Shown: positions 33,096 to 44,920, numbered from the stretch's first letter. The stretch is 64,000 nucleotides of DNA from Nitrospirota bacterium (GCA_963741205.1 CAVUHW010000008.1:128001-192000), one strand, 5' to 3'. A program made the numbers and translations. Notes: generated by a model not told the origin, from the sequence alone.

Positions 33096-34309
33096 TTACT
33101 GTTTATTGTCCTCCTCCACCGCTTTCTTCAGCATATCGAGGATGCCGGGGATGGCCGACGTCACCCGGTTCCAGTTCGGGATGAGCGGCGCGCCCAGGGG
33201 ATTTTCCATGAACTTTTCGGCCGCCAGGGCGATGGCCCGCGTAAACGCCTCGACTGCCTTCGCCTCTTCGTGACGGTCGAATACGAGGCCGTTGATCGCC
33301 GCATCCGCCTCGTATTTCATGATGGTGTCCTCGGCGTTCCTCAGGTAAGCCGCGGAAAGGGACTTGAACAGGCCGTCGGAGAACACGACCCCTTCGGAGG
33401 CCAGGGTCCGGAACACGGACTTGCAGATGTCCACCGTCATCTTCATCAGACCTTTTTCCGGATCATCGGCCGAGAGCGGCTGGTGTTTATGCTCGTAGGT
33501 AGTCGGCGATGTCAACCTGGCAGATCCGGCGCGGAGAATAGTTCCGGTACACCTCGGCCAGGGAGCCGACCTCCAGCCCCCAGTCCCAGGGGATCCGGTT
33601 CACCCGCGCCATGTCCGTGGTCATGCAGAACTCGCCCGCAAGGGGATAGCGGAAGCTGTCGAGAAAGATGAGGAAACTGGTGCGGCCCGATGAGCAGCTG
33701 GAGCGACCGGACGAGGGGCGTCACCATGAGCCGCGTCACGCGTCCGTGCATCCTGTCCGTCACCCTGCTGTAGAAGCCCTTGCAGAACACATAATCGAGG
33801 TTGGGATTCACCACAGGGTAGCAGAGGCGGGCGAGCATCTCCCTGTTGTAGCTGACGATGTCGCAGTCATGGAGCGCGATGACGTCGGCCTTCGCCGCCG
33901 CGAGCACGTATCCGTAGGCGAGCCAGCAGGACCGGCCTTTTCCGTCCTGTCCCGGGTCGAGGCCGTTTCTCCTGATGGTATCGTAGATCTCCCGGATGCG
34001 TTTTCCCTCGTTGTGGATGATCTTGACCTCGTAGGGAATGGGAGACATGAACTCCCGCACTTTCGAAAACTCCTTGTCCGAAGCCCTGCCCAAAACGAGG
34101 ACGATCTGTTCGAGATATTTGACCTTGGCAAGCTCGCTGACGATCCCCGGCATGGCCCTGCCTTCGAATTCCGAGTACAGCGCGGGAAGAACGAGCGCGA
34201 TCGGCCGCGTCCTCGAATGCCCCCGCAGTTCCATTTCAAGCCGTTCCAGCGACGGCTGACCGAGTTTGTGGAGCGTTGTGATGATGCCTGTCTGGTAAAA
34301 GTCCGACAT
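33096..34309 (-). CDS. gpgS: Glucosyl-3-phosphoglycerate synthase-type glycosyltransferase (frameshifted near 33660 and 33515)
   Basis: MSDFYQTGIITTLH, LVLPALYSE, GKGR, LHDCDI, FCKGFYSR, GRVTRL, YEHKHQ, IPNWNRV. Confidence 0.8.
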
Positions 34310-34319
34310 GATGCCTACC

Positions 34320-35018
34320 TCAGATGTGATTGATGTCCTTTTTATCCTCGTCCTTTTTTCCCATCTCCTTTTCGATGATCTTCCTTGCGACATCGATGCC
34401 GCCGACGCCGAAGGAAATGACCATGGTCAGGACAGTGCCTCCGAAGATAATGGAAAACGCCGTCACCACGATGGCCGGCGCCACCTCGAGCTGCTCCAGG
34501 GCCATTGCAACGAACAAGGCGGTCATGAGCACCCGCACCGCATCGGCAAGAGGTCTCGCGAACAGGTGCCCCCGGTTCACCGCTCCGATGAGGACGGCCC
34601 TGCCGATGAACCCTGTCGCGATATACCCGACGACCAGGATCAGAACGGCGGATAGCATCCGCGGCCCGTACAGGATGAAACGCGTAATGAGATTGTCCAT
34701 GGCCTGGAAATTGAGCGCGCTGAAGCCCGCCATCAATACTCCAATAATCAGGAACCAGTACACGAGTGATCCCACAGCACGGGACGGCTTGTTCCAGAGG
34801 TCTCCTTTCCGCATGACCGAGGTCAGCCCCATTCTGTCGCTCCAGCTGTCGAACTGCACGGCCCTGAGCAGCTTGAGCAGAACGAACCGGACGATTCTCG
34901 CCGCCATAATACCGACGAGAATGATGATGAGCATGACCAGAAGGTTCGGGCAGAACCTCGCGAATCGGTAGTACACGTCCCTCAGTTGTTCAAGGACTAA
35001 AGTGGCGAATGTCTCCAT
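34320..35018 (-). CDS. TM-helix-repeat membrane protein (MscS/CmpX-like)
   Basis: Repeated P.LL...IILVG helices, ALEQL, SFGVGG. Confidence 0.75.
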   Translation of the reverse strand: METFATLVLEQLRDVYYRFARFCPNLLVMLIIILVGIMAARIVRFVLLKLLRAVQFDSWSDRMGLTSVMRKGDLWNKPSRAVGSLVYWFLIIGVLMAGFSALNFQAMDNLITRFILYGPRMLSAVLILVVGYIATGFIGRAVLIGAVNRGHLFARPLADAVRVLMTALFVAMALEQLEVAPAIVVTAFSIIFGGTVLTMVISFGVGGIDVARKIIEKEMGKKDEDKKDINHI

Positions 35019-35034
35019 GATGCACCTCCCGGGA

Positions 35035-36307
35035 TTATTTCCAATTGTTGACCAGGTAACCCTTGCCATCCTCGAATTCCAGGCAGAGTTTTTCGATCTC
35101 CGCCTCGGCTTCGCTTTGGCTCTTGTCCCTGACCTCCATGACGAAGGAAGCGGTCTTTCCGAGATAGAGAGGCGTCAGGGACCCGAGAAGATGTTCGCTG
35201 GGCAGCTTTCTCTTGTGGTATGCAAGGGCGTAATCGTAGACGACGCAGGCCCACAGTTTGGGAGGGAACCTGAATTCCTCGTCAGGGCGGGCAGAAAGGG
35301 CGACGAGCTCGCTAAAGTCTCCGCTCCCGAGGACGGCAGTCCATATCTCCTTCAGGTCCTTGAGCCCCGCCCTGAACCTGCGCAGCATCCTGCCTGCGTC
35401 AACCGTCACCTGTTCCAGGCCGACTTCATACTGAAAACCGAAGCTCTCCGCCGGCACGGAACCGCGTATTTTCTTCCACACGTGTTCGTAGCTTTCCATG
35501 AGCCCGAAGGTGGAACCCACTACCTGGTAGAGCATGGCGGAAAGGTCCGCGCCCGGGTCCTTGGGATCGTGGATCTTCGCGCCGAGAAAAGCCTGGGCGA
35601 CCCTGCAATCGTTCGCTATGCGCCTCGGTGGTCATCCAGATGTCGATGCCGTACCGCGCAACGTCGGTCTGCCAGACGTCCTTGGAGAGGTAAATGTTTC
35701 GCGAGGTCCCCGGAAAAGCCGAAGTCCCCGCCGATCGGCTGTCGCACCCGCTTGCCGTAAAGCGCCCGGGTCAGGGGATAGATGATGCTGTTCGTGATGG
35801 TGCCGTCGTACTTGTGCCGGTGATACAGCGGGGCGACGTAATCGACCCCCTCATCGAGCACCGGCTTTAACAGCAGCTCGATCCACTCGGGCGTGATGCT
35901 CCGGAGGTCCGAGTCGACGACCGCGCAGGCCTTTACGCCCGAGCGCACCGGCAATTTCGAAGATCGTCCGGAAAGCGCTCCCTTTCCCCGGGAGCCCGTG
36001 ATAAGGGATGGCCATCTTATGGGCCGGCTCGACCCGATGGTTGAGCAGGATGGACTGGAAATTCTCAATGACCGTGTTCTGCACGATCTCCGACAGTGCC
36101 GTCGGTGGAACCTCCGTCGGAATCGATGAGCACTGCCTTTCGGTCGGGGAAATATTTTGCGAGGCCCGCCTGCACGGCGCGTACGACATGGCCGATGGTC
36201 CGGGCGTTATTGAAGCTCGGGATGCCGACGAGGATGTCGGCAGTCTTGATCTTTTCAAGCTGATCGGTAACCGTCTTTCTGGATGCTATCGTGTCCATTT
36301 CCGTCAT
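35035..36307 (-). CDS. Glucosylglycerate synthase-like GT2 glycosyltransferase (multiple frameshifts)
   Basis: VGIPSFNNARTI, DGGSTDGT, GKGSA, VDSDLRSITPEW, RHKYDGTITN, RQPIGGDFG. Confidence 0.8.
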
Positions 36308-36315
36308 AATTCATT

Positions 36316-36410
36316 TCCTCTCCTTCAAGGGGAGGATAAGGTGGGGATGGGTCTTGTGGAACCGGCAATAAACCCATCCTCACCCCGGCCCTCTCCTTGA
36401 AGGAGAGGGA
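36316..36410. repeat. Palindromic intergenic CCCTCTCC-type element
   Basis: TCCTCTCCTTCAAGGGGAGG...GGGGATGGG / CCCATCCTC...CCCTCTCCTTGAAGGAGAGGGA; related degenerate copies at about 9024-9105 and 57752-57793. Confidence 0.65.
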
Positions 36411-36422
36411 GTCTAACTACAG

Positions 36423-36794
36423 CTATCCTTCGACAAGGATGATCTGCAAATCCATCACATTCGTTCCGATCGGACCGGTCAGAACGTGATGTTTTTCGCG
36501 CGTTCGTGAGTCGACCCTGGCGAAAAAAGTATAGGAGTCATAGTTTCCCAGATAGGTCTCCGGTTGGACGCTGATGTCGCAGGCCTTTCGGACCAAGGAC
36601 CACGAGCGCCCTCCCCATCGCGCAGCGGCCTTCCCGGCGCCCACGACGACTATGCGCTCGAAGGCATCGAGGCGGTAGACATCTCCAGGCGACGACCCGC
36701 CGTCTTCCCGCCGCAGAGTCTCGAGCACAGCCCTATAGGGGGCCACGGCCGCGAGAGCCGCTTTGAAAATGTTCAAGAGCAATTCACGATCCAT
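36423..36794 (-). pseudogene. Glycerate kinase (DUF4147/MOFRL) with large internal deletion
   Basis: N-terminal IFKAALAAV...VVGAGKAA joined directly to C-terminal DSYTFF...TGPIGTNVMD; only 123 aa. Confidence 0.75.
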
Positions 36795-37587
36795 GTTCGA
36801 TCAGCTCCAGCACCGCCTTGTTCCAGCCGGACGGTCCTATGCCTTTCGCTTTGATAAGGTGAGGGACCCGGACCCGTTGATCGTAGCCTTCGTCTTCTTT
36901 TTGGACCAGGACGGGACGGTCGACTTCCCGCAGAAGCGGCAGGTCGTTCAGACTGTCTCCAATCCCGATGGAAATAAGTTTACCACGTTTGCTCTCATAC
37001 CATTGTTTCAAAAGGCGAACAGCCTTTCCCTTGTCATGGTCCCCCATCAAGTAATGGAGCCTGCCCTGTGTCCAGTGGAGTCCGCGATCCTCGATGGCCC
37101 TGAGGAACCGCTCGTCGGTTCCGCGCTCGAAAACAAAAGGTTCACCGAACTCCCGCTGCCTGGCCAACTCCGCTTCGTCTGGGGAAAGGCCCGTCAGTTC
37201 TGATATCTCCTTCACCGTCATGTCGCCAAACCCCTTTACCGGTACATGCAGGCTTTCCCGCAGTTCTGTAAACTCCTTCCTGATTTCCGCATAAGGCTTG
37301 CCGAAAGCGCTGATAGTATAGTCCCCGCTTCGTATACTTCCGGTCGGAAAAATAAAATATCCAACGGGGACGAAGATAGCGCCGCCGTTTTCCGCAACGA
37401 AGGGGTCCCCGTTTTGCAAGCGCTTCCGGTAGACTTCAATTTCGGCCTTCGTCTTGCTGGAGCACAGGACCAGGGGAATGTCCTTCTCTCTGAGCAGGTC
37501 CAGGGCGGGCAGCGCTTCGATGAAAGAATACGTTTTCGGATGAAGTAGAGAACCGTCAAGGTCAGTGAAAACGATTATTTTCTTCAT
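36784..37587 (-). CDS. Mannosyl/glucosyl-3-phosphoglycerate phosphatase (HAD IIB)
   Basis: FTDLDGSLL, CSSKT, ENG, DKGKA, GDSLND. Confidence 0.9.
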   Translation of the reverse strand: MKKIIVFTDLDGSLLHPKTYSFIEALPALDLLREKDIPLVLCSSKTKAEIEVYRKRLQNGDPFVAENGGAIFVPVGYFIFPTGSIRSGDYTISAFGKPYAEIRKEFTELRESLHVPVKGFGDMTVKEISELTGLSPDEAELARQREFGEPFVFERGTDERFLRAIEDRGLHWTQGRLHYLMGDHDKGKAVRLLKQWYESKRGKLISIGIGDSLNDLPLLREVDRPVLVQKEDEGYDQRVRVPHLIKAKGIGPSGWNKAVLELIEHGS

Positions 37588-37731
37588 TGCCTGTTCCTTC
37601 CTGGACCTTCGAGAGCTGCTTTCTGTTCCCCGTAAAAAAAGGATAGCAATCGCATCTATCCATCATAGATGTTCTCGCCATCCACCTTTCCCGCTGGAAA
37701 CCTTATGTACTAATAGTAATAGCATACTCCA

Positions 37732-37767
37732 TGCACAACATTTAGTCACGTGCCTAAAATAACATCC
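37732..37767 (+). promoter_or_regulatory. Tandem putative NtrC-type enhancer sites
   Basis: TGCACAACATTTAGTCA and TGCCTAAAATA at 19-bp period. Confidence 0.55.
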
Positions 37768-37875
37768 GCATTTGCGGCGTGATGAAAGTTCGCGCACAGG
37801 CACAAGCACCGCGCATGAGCTCTATCCTGTAATGAAATCAATATGATTGTCATAATACTTCAACGCCTTCTTCTT

Positions 37876-37891
37876 TGGCATGTGCCTTGCT
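37876..37891 (+). promoter_or_regulatory. Sigma-54 promoter of amt2-glnK
   Basis: TGGCATGTGCCTTGCT. Confidence 0.88.
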
Positions 37892-37947
37892 TATTATCAC
37901 ATGCAGAATAATTAAACATGGCATCATCAAACAAGGAGGAATGTACC

Positions 37948-39312
37948 ATGAAAGAAGCATGGAGTGAAATGTGTTCGCTGTTGTTGCAGTGCTTCTGATA
38001 TTCGCGGCGTTTTGCGCGCCGGCCTTGGTCATGGCGGAGGAGACGGTTGCCCCTGCGCCCGCGGCTGCCGCGGCTGCGGCTGCCCCTGCGCCGAAGATCG
38101 ACACCGGCGACACGGCATGGATGATCGTTGCCACGGCGCTGGTCATGCTCATGTCCATACCTGGCCTGGCGCTCTTTTACGGCGGACTGGCAAAGCGCAA
38201 GGATGCGCTGAACACCATGGCCATGACCTTCGTGACCTTCTGCATCGTGAGCGTGCTGTGGGTCATCTACGGCTACACGTTTTCGTTCGATACCGACATC
38301 AAAGGCATTATCGGCAGGGCATCGAAGTTGTTCCTGAAAGGTGTGGGGCCGAACAGCATCTCGGACCTGGCCAAGACGATCCCGGAGTACATCTTCATTG
38401 CGTACCAGCTCACCTTTGCGGCAATCACCGTGGCCCTGGCCTCGCGGCGCATACATCGAGCGCATGAAGTTCTCATCGTGGATCATCTTTTCCGTGCTCT
38501 GGATGACGGTCGTCTACCTTCCGGTGGCCCACTGGGTATGGGGCAACGGGTTCCTTGCAAAACTGGGGGCGCTTGATTTCGCCGGCGGAACGGTCGTGCA
38601 TGTCAACGCCGGAATCGCGGCGCTGGTCGGCGCTCTGGTGCTCGGCAGGCGCAAGGATAAGGCATCATTCCGCACAACCTGACACTCGTCGTGACCGGCG
38701 CGGGCCTCCTGTGGTTCGGCTGGTTCGGGTTCAATGCCGGTTCAGCCCTGGCGGCGAACGGCCTGGCCGGCGCTGCCTTCCTCAATACCAATACCGCGAC
38801 AGCAGTCGCGGCCATTTCCTGGATGGCCGTTGAATGGATGCATTCCGGAAAGGCCACGGTCCTGGGCCTCGCGTCCGGCGCCGTCGGGCGGCCTGGTGGC
38901 CATCACCCCGGCAGCGGGATTCGTCAACATCGGCGGCGCCATCATCATCGGCATCGCGGCAGGCGTGGTCCCTTTCTTTGCCGTGGCGAAGCTCAAGCCC
39001 CTGTTCGGGTATGACGACACGCTTGACGCATTCGGCATCCACGGCGTGGGCGGGACCATCGGGCGCGATCCTGACGGGCGTGTTCGCGGACCCGGCGATC
39101 AACGAGGCAGGCAAGGGGCTTTTGTACGGAAACCCCGGCCAGCTCTGGACCCAGATCGTGGCCGTGCTGGTGACGCTCGTGTACAGCGGCGTCATGACCT
39201 TCATCATCTTCATGATCATCAAGGTGACCGTCGGGCTCCGGGTCGGCGCGGAAGAGGAGACCATCGGCCTCGATGAAAGCGAGCATGGTGAAAGGGCGTA
39301 TAATTCAGTTAG
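37948..39312 (+). CDS. amtB: Ammonium transporter 2 (several frameshifts; 3' end approximate)
   Basis: [66 protein letters not shown]. Confidence 0.9.
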
Positions 39313-39401
39313 TGAACAGGAGTCAGGGGTCAGGAGTCAGGAGAAAAATCATTCACACGCCTGACCGCAAACGTTGGATCCCGTACTCTGTACTTTTATA
39401 A

Positions 39402-39806
<405 letters not shown>

Positions 39807-39904
39807 CGCGATGTGTCACCCTCCTTCGAAAGTTTTTTCTCTTCCTTTGTCAATGTCAATCTTCCTATCGCGGGATGTGACCGTCCCGCGGGAAATGCTT
39901 CCGT

Positions 39905-41463
39905 TTACTGCACGGCTGCCATCGTACCGTGGCCTCCGGCAATCTTGTTCACGGTCAGGCCGAACTGGGCGAAGGCAGTTGTAAGCGACTGCGGTATGCT
40001 GGCGGCGGCCACTACCGCTCCTGACGGGCTCAGGAGGTCGCTCACGAAGACCAGGTTCTCCCCGGACACGTGGGCTATGACCATGTCCACGGCGTGGGTG
40101 TTCTGGACCGGATAAACTCCCACGGTCCGAATTCCGTCGGTAAAGGTCAGGCCTGCTGCAGGTACTGCCGAAACAGCGACCTGACGCGGATTATTCTGAA
40201 GGGCGTCCGGAACCAGGGTGTGCGGCGCGTCGAGACGGCCTGGAAGTGTGCCTGGCTCTGGGCCCCTACGACGATCGTCGCCCCCTCGGCTGCATATGCC
40301 CTCACGCCTCCGGAATGATCGAAGTGGAAGTGCGTAACCACGATGTCGCGGATGGGTTTACCGGGGAACCGGGTCTTGATCTCCGCGATCACGGCCTGGG
40401 ACCTGGATTCGTAGAGCGGAGGCTCCACGACGATCACATGATCCGCCATCTCCACGACGAGGCTGTTGTGGGTCACACCGGACACGAACCAGACCCCTGA
40501 GCCCGGGCTGCTTTCCGTAAATACAACAGGATGGGACAGGTCCGCATAACTGGGCAGGCCGAGCCCCTGGCGCCGCAGGAAGTACTGAGACATCCGCTCC
40601 CCGCGCAGGGCGTCCGCGGGATCATAAGGCAATTGCAGGTCCGACGGGATATCGAGGGCGCCGGCTTGTACCTGTACGTTGTTTTGTACTGCCGAGAGCT
40701 GTTCCGTCGCTATGGTGACTGTTCTGCCCAGGCCTTCCAGGCGCTGGGTCAGGCTGAAGGGAACCATGATATCGCCTGTCTGACGCCAGTCGGCGTAGAG
40801 CACCTCGTAGCGGGTGTCTCCGTAGATTGGATCGTCCTCGACCGTGTCAGCCTTGGCTGGAAGAAAGGTGTCAGGATCGATGAATATCCGGACCGGGCTC
40901 ACGCCTCCGGCCAGGGCTATTACATGGTGAGTCTTGCCGTCAAACTCCTCGTCCGGCATGGTCTCGACGGATTGCGGTGAATCCAGGGTTTCCTTCATGA
41001 GAAGCAGAGGAGAGGTAAGACGATGGAGTTTCATCAGGGTCGCGACCCTCGCCGAAAGCATCCCGCTCCGTGACGCCGCTGCGTTAGCGGTGTCTTGTCC
41101 GTCCATGAAGCCCTGGTTGACGTTTACCACCTCGGAGTATGTCAGAGTTGCCGCGAAGGGATAGACGACTCCTCTTACCCAATCGTAGCGAAAGCGGTTG
41201 CCTGCCAGATCCTGGGTAAGCGTGTACTGGTAGGAGGACACCATAAGCGGCTGGTCGCCTGGCTGATACGTCTGCTCCGGCTCGAACCACGTGCCCGAGG
41301 CCGTGATCTGCTGGGTCTCCACGGCGTGGATCGCCGCCCTTCCTCCCATCGCAGCCGCAGTCCGTTCCGTTACACCCGCCTCTCCGCTTTTCTTGCTGCA
41401 TCCGAACAAAACTGCGGCCGTGATAAGAATCAAGATCAAGAAGTGCTTCTTCGAGTTGTTCAT
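39905..41463 (-). CDS. Metallo-beta-lactamase-fold lipoprotein (frameshifted near 40200)
   Basis: Lipobox LFGC, THFHFDHSGG, HAVDM, VSDL, GGHG. Confidence 0.85.
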
Positions 41464-41754
41464 GACCGCTCCTTTCTCCTTACAAGGTTTTTTAAAAGGC
41501 CTTGCATCTTCAACCTAACTATCTTGAGGGATATTGTCTTCTGTCAAAATTTAATCATGATGGGATGAAAGTTGTCAATCATGATAAAGTCGCAGGAAAC
41601 CATTTAAGTTATGAGGGACGCGCTGTCCATGAACAAGGAGTTCCTCTGTCTTGCCCGAGCCGCCGGCGGTGGGGTAAACTGTTGATAGAGAGCGGGATGA
41701 CGTCGTCCCGGCACTCCGCATGCCGGCGAGGGCGGCGGTTATCAGGAGCTGATC

Positions 41755-42870
41755 ATGAACCAGAAGGCTGTATCTTTATTTCTCTGCGGTGATGTCATGA
41801 CCGGACGGGGGATTGATCAGGTCCTGGCCCATCCATCCGATCCCCGCATCCATGAACCGTACATGACGGATGCGCGCGGATATGTCGGTCTTGCCGAGCA
41901 GGCAAACGGTCCCATGGGAAAGCCGGTCGAATTCTCCGCGATCTGGGGCGACGCTATCACTGAACTGGACCGGCAGGCTCCCGATGTTCGCCTGATTAAC
42001 CTCGAGACATCCGTTACCAAGAGCGACGACTTCTGGAAGGGGAAAGGCATCAATTACCGTATGCACCCCGAGAATATCCCGGTCCTGTCCGCCGCCCGCA
42101 TCAACCTTGTCGCCCTTGCGAATAACCACGTGCTCGACTGGGGATATGCGGGTCTCGTGGAGACCATCGATACGTTGAAAAAGGTGAAGATAGGGTATGC
42201 AGGCGCAGGCAGGAACATGGCGGAAGCCGCGGCACCGGCTGTCCAGGATCTCGGAAGGGCGCGGGTGCTGGTATTTTCTTATGCCACGGAATCGAGCGGC
42301 GTACCGGTTGCCTGGCGAGCGGGTGAAAACAGGCCGGGGGTAAATGTGATAGCTGACCTTTCGGAGAACACGGTGCGCCGCATAGGGGAAGAGGTGAGGC
42401 GCGTCAAAAGGGCCGGCGACATCGCCGTAATATCGATCCATTGGGGCCCGAACTGGGGATACGAAATCACTGCTTCCGAGGAGCGTTTCAGCCACGACCT
42501 CATAAACGAGGCTGGCGTGGACCTGATCCACGGTCACTCGTCGCATCATGTCAAGAGGATCGAAGTATACCGCGGCAAGCTCATTCTTTACGGATGCGGA
42601 GATTTCCTGGACGACTATGAGGGCATCAGAGGTTTGGGGGCCTATCGCGGGGACCTGGGGCTCATGTATTTCGCACGGCTCGATCCGGAGAGCGGAAGGC
42701 TGCTCGCCCTCGACATGACGCCGACCCAGATCCGGCTCTTTCGGATAAACCGCGCATCGCCGGCTGATGCGACGCTGCTTGCGAACGTGCTGAACCGGGA
42801 AGGAAGGGGCTGCGGGACGCGCGTTACGATGGATGAGGAGAAAAGACTACAGCTCAGATGGGGTGAATAA
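41755..42870 (+). CDS. CapA family metallophosphoesterase
   Basis: GDVMTGRG, INLET, LANNHVLDWG, IHWG, HGHSSHH, YGCGDF. Confidence 0.92.
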   Translation: MNQKAVSLFLCGDVMTGRGIDQVLAHPSDPRIHEPYMTDARGYVGLAEQANGPMGKPVEFSAIWGDAITELDRQAPDVRLINLETSVTKSDDFWKGKGINYRMHPENIPVLSAARINLVALANNHVLDWGYAGLVETIDTLKKVKIGYAGAGRNMAEAAAPAVQDLGRARVLVFSYATESSGVPVAWRAGENRPGVNVIADLSENTVRRIGEEVRRVKRAGDIAVISIHWGPNWGYEITASEERFSHDLINEAGVDLIHGHSSHHVKRIEVYRGKLILYGCGDFLDDYEGIRGLGAYRGDLGLMYFARLDPESGRLLALDMTPTQIRLFRINRASPADATLLANVLNREGRGCGTRVTMDEEKRLQLRWGE

Positions 42871-42876
42871 TCCTGC

Positions 42877-43030
42877 AAACGGCTATTTGGACGCAGATGA
42901 ACGCAGATTTTCGCCGATAAAACGAACTATAATCGTAATTTGGTATTCATCAATAAAGCGACGTGAGATTTTACTCAAGCTCTTGAATATCTGCGCGCAT
43001 CTGCGCAAACCCGCGTCCACGTGCTCTTTT
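42877..43030. repeat. Dispersed ~150-bp MITE/REP-like element, copy 2
   Basis: Reverse complement aligns end-to-end with 14901-15060. Confidence 0.8.
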
Positions 43031-43085
43031 TGAGGATGATCGAGGGTACCGACAGGCAGGGAGCGGCGGCGAACAAGCGATCATG

Positions 43086-43655
43086 TCAGGTGCCCAGTCT
43101 TTTACCCGCTTCATAGGCCTGGCTGAGCGCCGTTGGATGCTTCAGAATGTCCCCTCGCGAGTCGATGCCGCCGAAGGAAAGGGTCTCGTGCTCCGGCACG
43201 CTCACGGTCCTGAAGAAGGCCTTGCCCGTCTCTTCCGCGCATTTTGAGCTTCCTTCTTCCTTCATTCCGCCGACGAGCAGGAGAAGACCCTTTCTCCCAT
43301 GGGGTCCCGCAGGAATGGACTTTTTCAAGATGTATTTTTCACACCAAAAGGCCTGACACCGGTCGACCATCGTCTTTGCCTGGGTGCTCAAGTTGAAGAA
43401 AAAAATAGGGGAGGCGAGAATTATTCTCTCGGCCTCCCTGATCTTTGCGTAAATGTCCGCCATGGCATCCTCGTGAACGCAGACGCCGGTTTTTGCGCAA
43501 CCGCCGCAGTCCTGGCAGGGTTTAATATTCAGGTCATAGAGGTTAAAGACCCTGACGCTGTGTCCGGCTTCACGGAGGGGCTTCAGGGCGCCCTCCAGAA
43601 GGATCTCGGTATTGCCTCCGGAACAAGGGCCGCCGTTGAACGCGACGATCTTCAA
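43086..43655 (-). CDS. Iron-sulfur flavoprotein / flavodoxin family protein
   Basis: GNTE, CQDCGGC..TGVC, ASPIFF, DRCQ. Confidence 0.88.
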   Translation of the reverse strand: MKIVAFNGGPCSGGNTEILLEGALKPLREAGHSVRVFNLYDLNIKPCQDCGGCAKTGVCVHEDAMADIYAKIREAERIILASPIFFFNLSTQAKTMVDRCQAFWCEKYILKKSIPAGPHGRKGLLLLVGGMKEEGSSKCAEETGKAFFRTVSVPEHETLSFGGIDSRGDILKHPTALSQAYEAGKRLGT

Positions 43656-43658
43656 ACG

Positions 43659-44153
43659 TTACTCCGCCTTGCGAAATGCCTGCTTCTTTGCCCTGCAAAC
43701 GGGGCAATCATCCGGGGCCTCTCCCTCAACAGTATGGCCGCAGACCGAGCACACGTAATAATCGGTTGCCGCGTTCTTGCCGAGGTTTTCCAAGGCCTTT
43801 TTGTACAGGGCCGCGTGCACTTTTTCAACTTCATTCGCAAGACTGAAGCTTCGAACTGCATAGTCCTGACCTTCCGTCTTGGCGTCGTCTATCATCGGGG
43901 GATACATCTTCTGGAACTCATACGTTTCTCCGCTGATGGCGGCCATCAGGTTATCCCTGGTAGACTTGACTCCGGCGAGCGCCTTCAGATGGTTGTGAGC
44001 ATGGATGGTCTCCGCCGCGGCCGCTGCCCGAAACAGCTTCGCCACCTGTGCATAGCCTTCGTCCTCGGCCTTCTTGGCAAAGGCCAGGTATTTCCTGTTC
44101 GCCTGGGACTCGCCGGCGAACGCGTCCTGCAGGTTCTGCTCCGTCTTCGACAT
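43659..44153 (-). CDS. rbr: Rubrerythrin
   Basis: AFAGESQA, ETIHA, GETYE, EKVH; C-terminal CSVCG...CPVC. Confidence 0.95.
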   Translation of the reverse strand: MSKTEQNLQDAFAGESQANRKYLAFAKKAEDEGYAQVAKLFRAAAAAETIHAHNHLKALAGVKSTRDNLMAAISGETYEFQKMYPPMIDDAKTEGQDYAVRSFSLANEVEKVHAALYKKALENLGKNAATDYYVCSVCGHTVEGEAPDDCPVCRAKKQAFRKAE

Positions 44154-44170
44154 GGTAATATTTCTCCTTT

Positions 44171-44749
44171 CTATTTCATGCGTGATTCGACTGCCTGCCA
44201 GTTGATGTTCTTGAAAAACGCTTCAATATAGTCCGCCCTCTTCAGTCCGTAATCGAGCATAAAGGCATGCTCGAAGACGTCCATGATCAAAAGGGGCGTG
44301 CATCCCGCGGGATGGGAAACATCGTGCTCGTTCACCCAGAAATTGATGAATCGTCCCGATGCCGCGTCCCGGTAGAGGACCGTCCACCCGATGCCGCGCA
44401 TGGCGCCGGTAGCCCGGAAATCCTTTTCCCAGGCCTCGGCGCTCCCGAAGCTTGCGGCCAGGCTTTTGGCGAGCGCGCCACCCTTGTCCATGCCGCCCTT
44501 GCCGCCCAGATTTTCGAAATAGTATTCATGAAGCCGCATCCCGTTGAATTCCCAGCCGAGTCTGCGTTTGAGTTCCGCGAATTCCGGCGTCGCCGTCTTT
44601 CCGTCCTTGGCCATCTGGTCAAGGGTGTCGAGCACCTTGTTCGTGTTGGTGACATACCCCTGGTACAGCGTGAAATGGTTCTTCAAGAGCGTTTCGCTGA
44701 ATCCTTCCATCCCGATGAGCTTTGCGTAATCCTTTGCCGCATATGGCAT
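44171..44749 (-). CDS. Fe/Mn superoxide dismutase family protein
   Basis: HFTLYQGYV, LHEYYFENL, DVFEHAF. Confidence 0.9.
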   Translation of the reverse strand: MPYAAKDYAKLIGMEGFSETLLKNHFTLYQGYVTNTNKVLDTLDQMAKDGKTATPEFAELKRRLGWEFNGMRLHEYYFENLGGKGGMDKGGALAKSLAASFGSAEAWEKDFRATGAMRGIGWTVLYRDAASGRFINFWVNEHDVSHPAGCTPLLIMDVFEHAFMLDYGLKRADYIEAFFKNINWQAVESRMK

Positions 44750-44920
44750 GATGGTTTCCTCCCTGGTTGACTGAAGTTTTTTAGAACAATGGTATTAGTA
44801 TATCAAAAAGCGGGGCTCATTGAACTGAAAGGCGCGGATACAAGAAAAGGCAGCCGCGACTTTCCGGTTTTTTAACGCCGTGCGGCTGCCCCATTTGTTC
44901 AAGGACGTATGTCTGTTATT

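Noticed and set aside
41553-41585. Two AATCATGAT palindromes between divergent genes
   Set aside because: Could be an operator, but short, and no regulator gene is adjacent.
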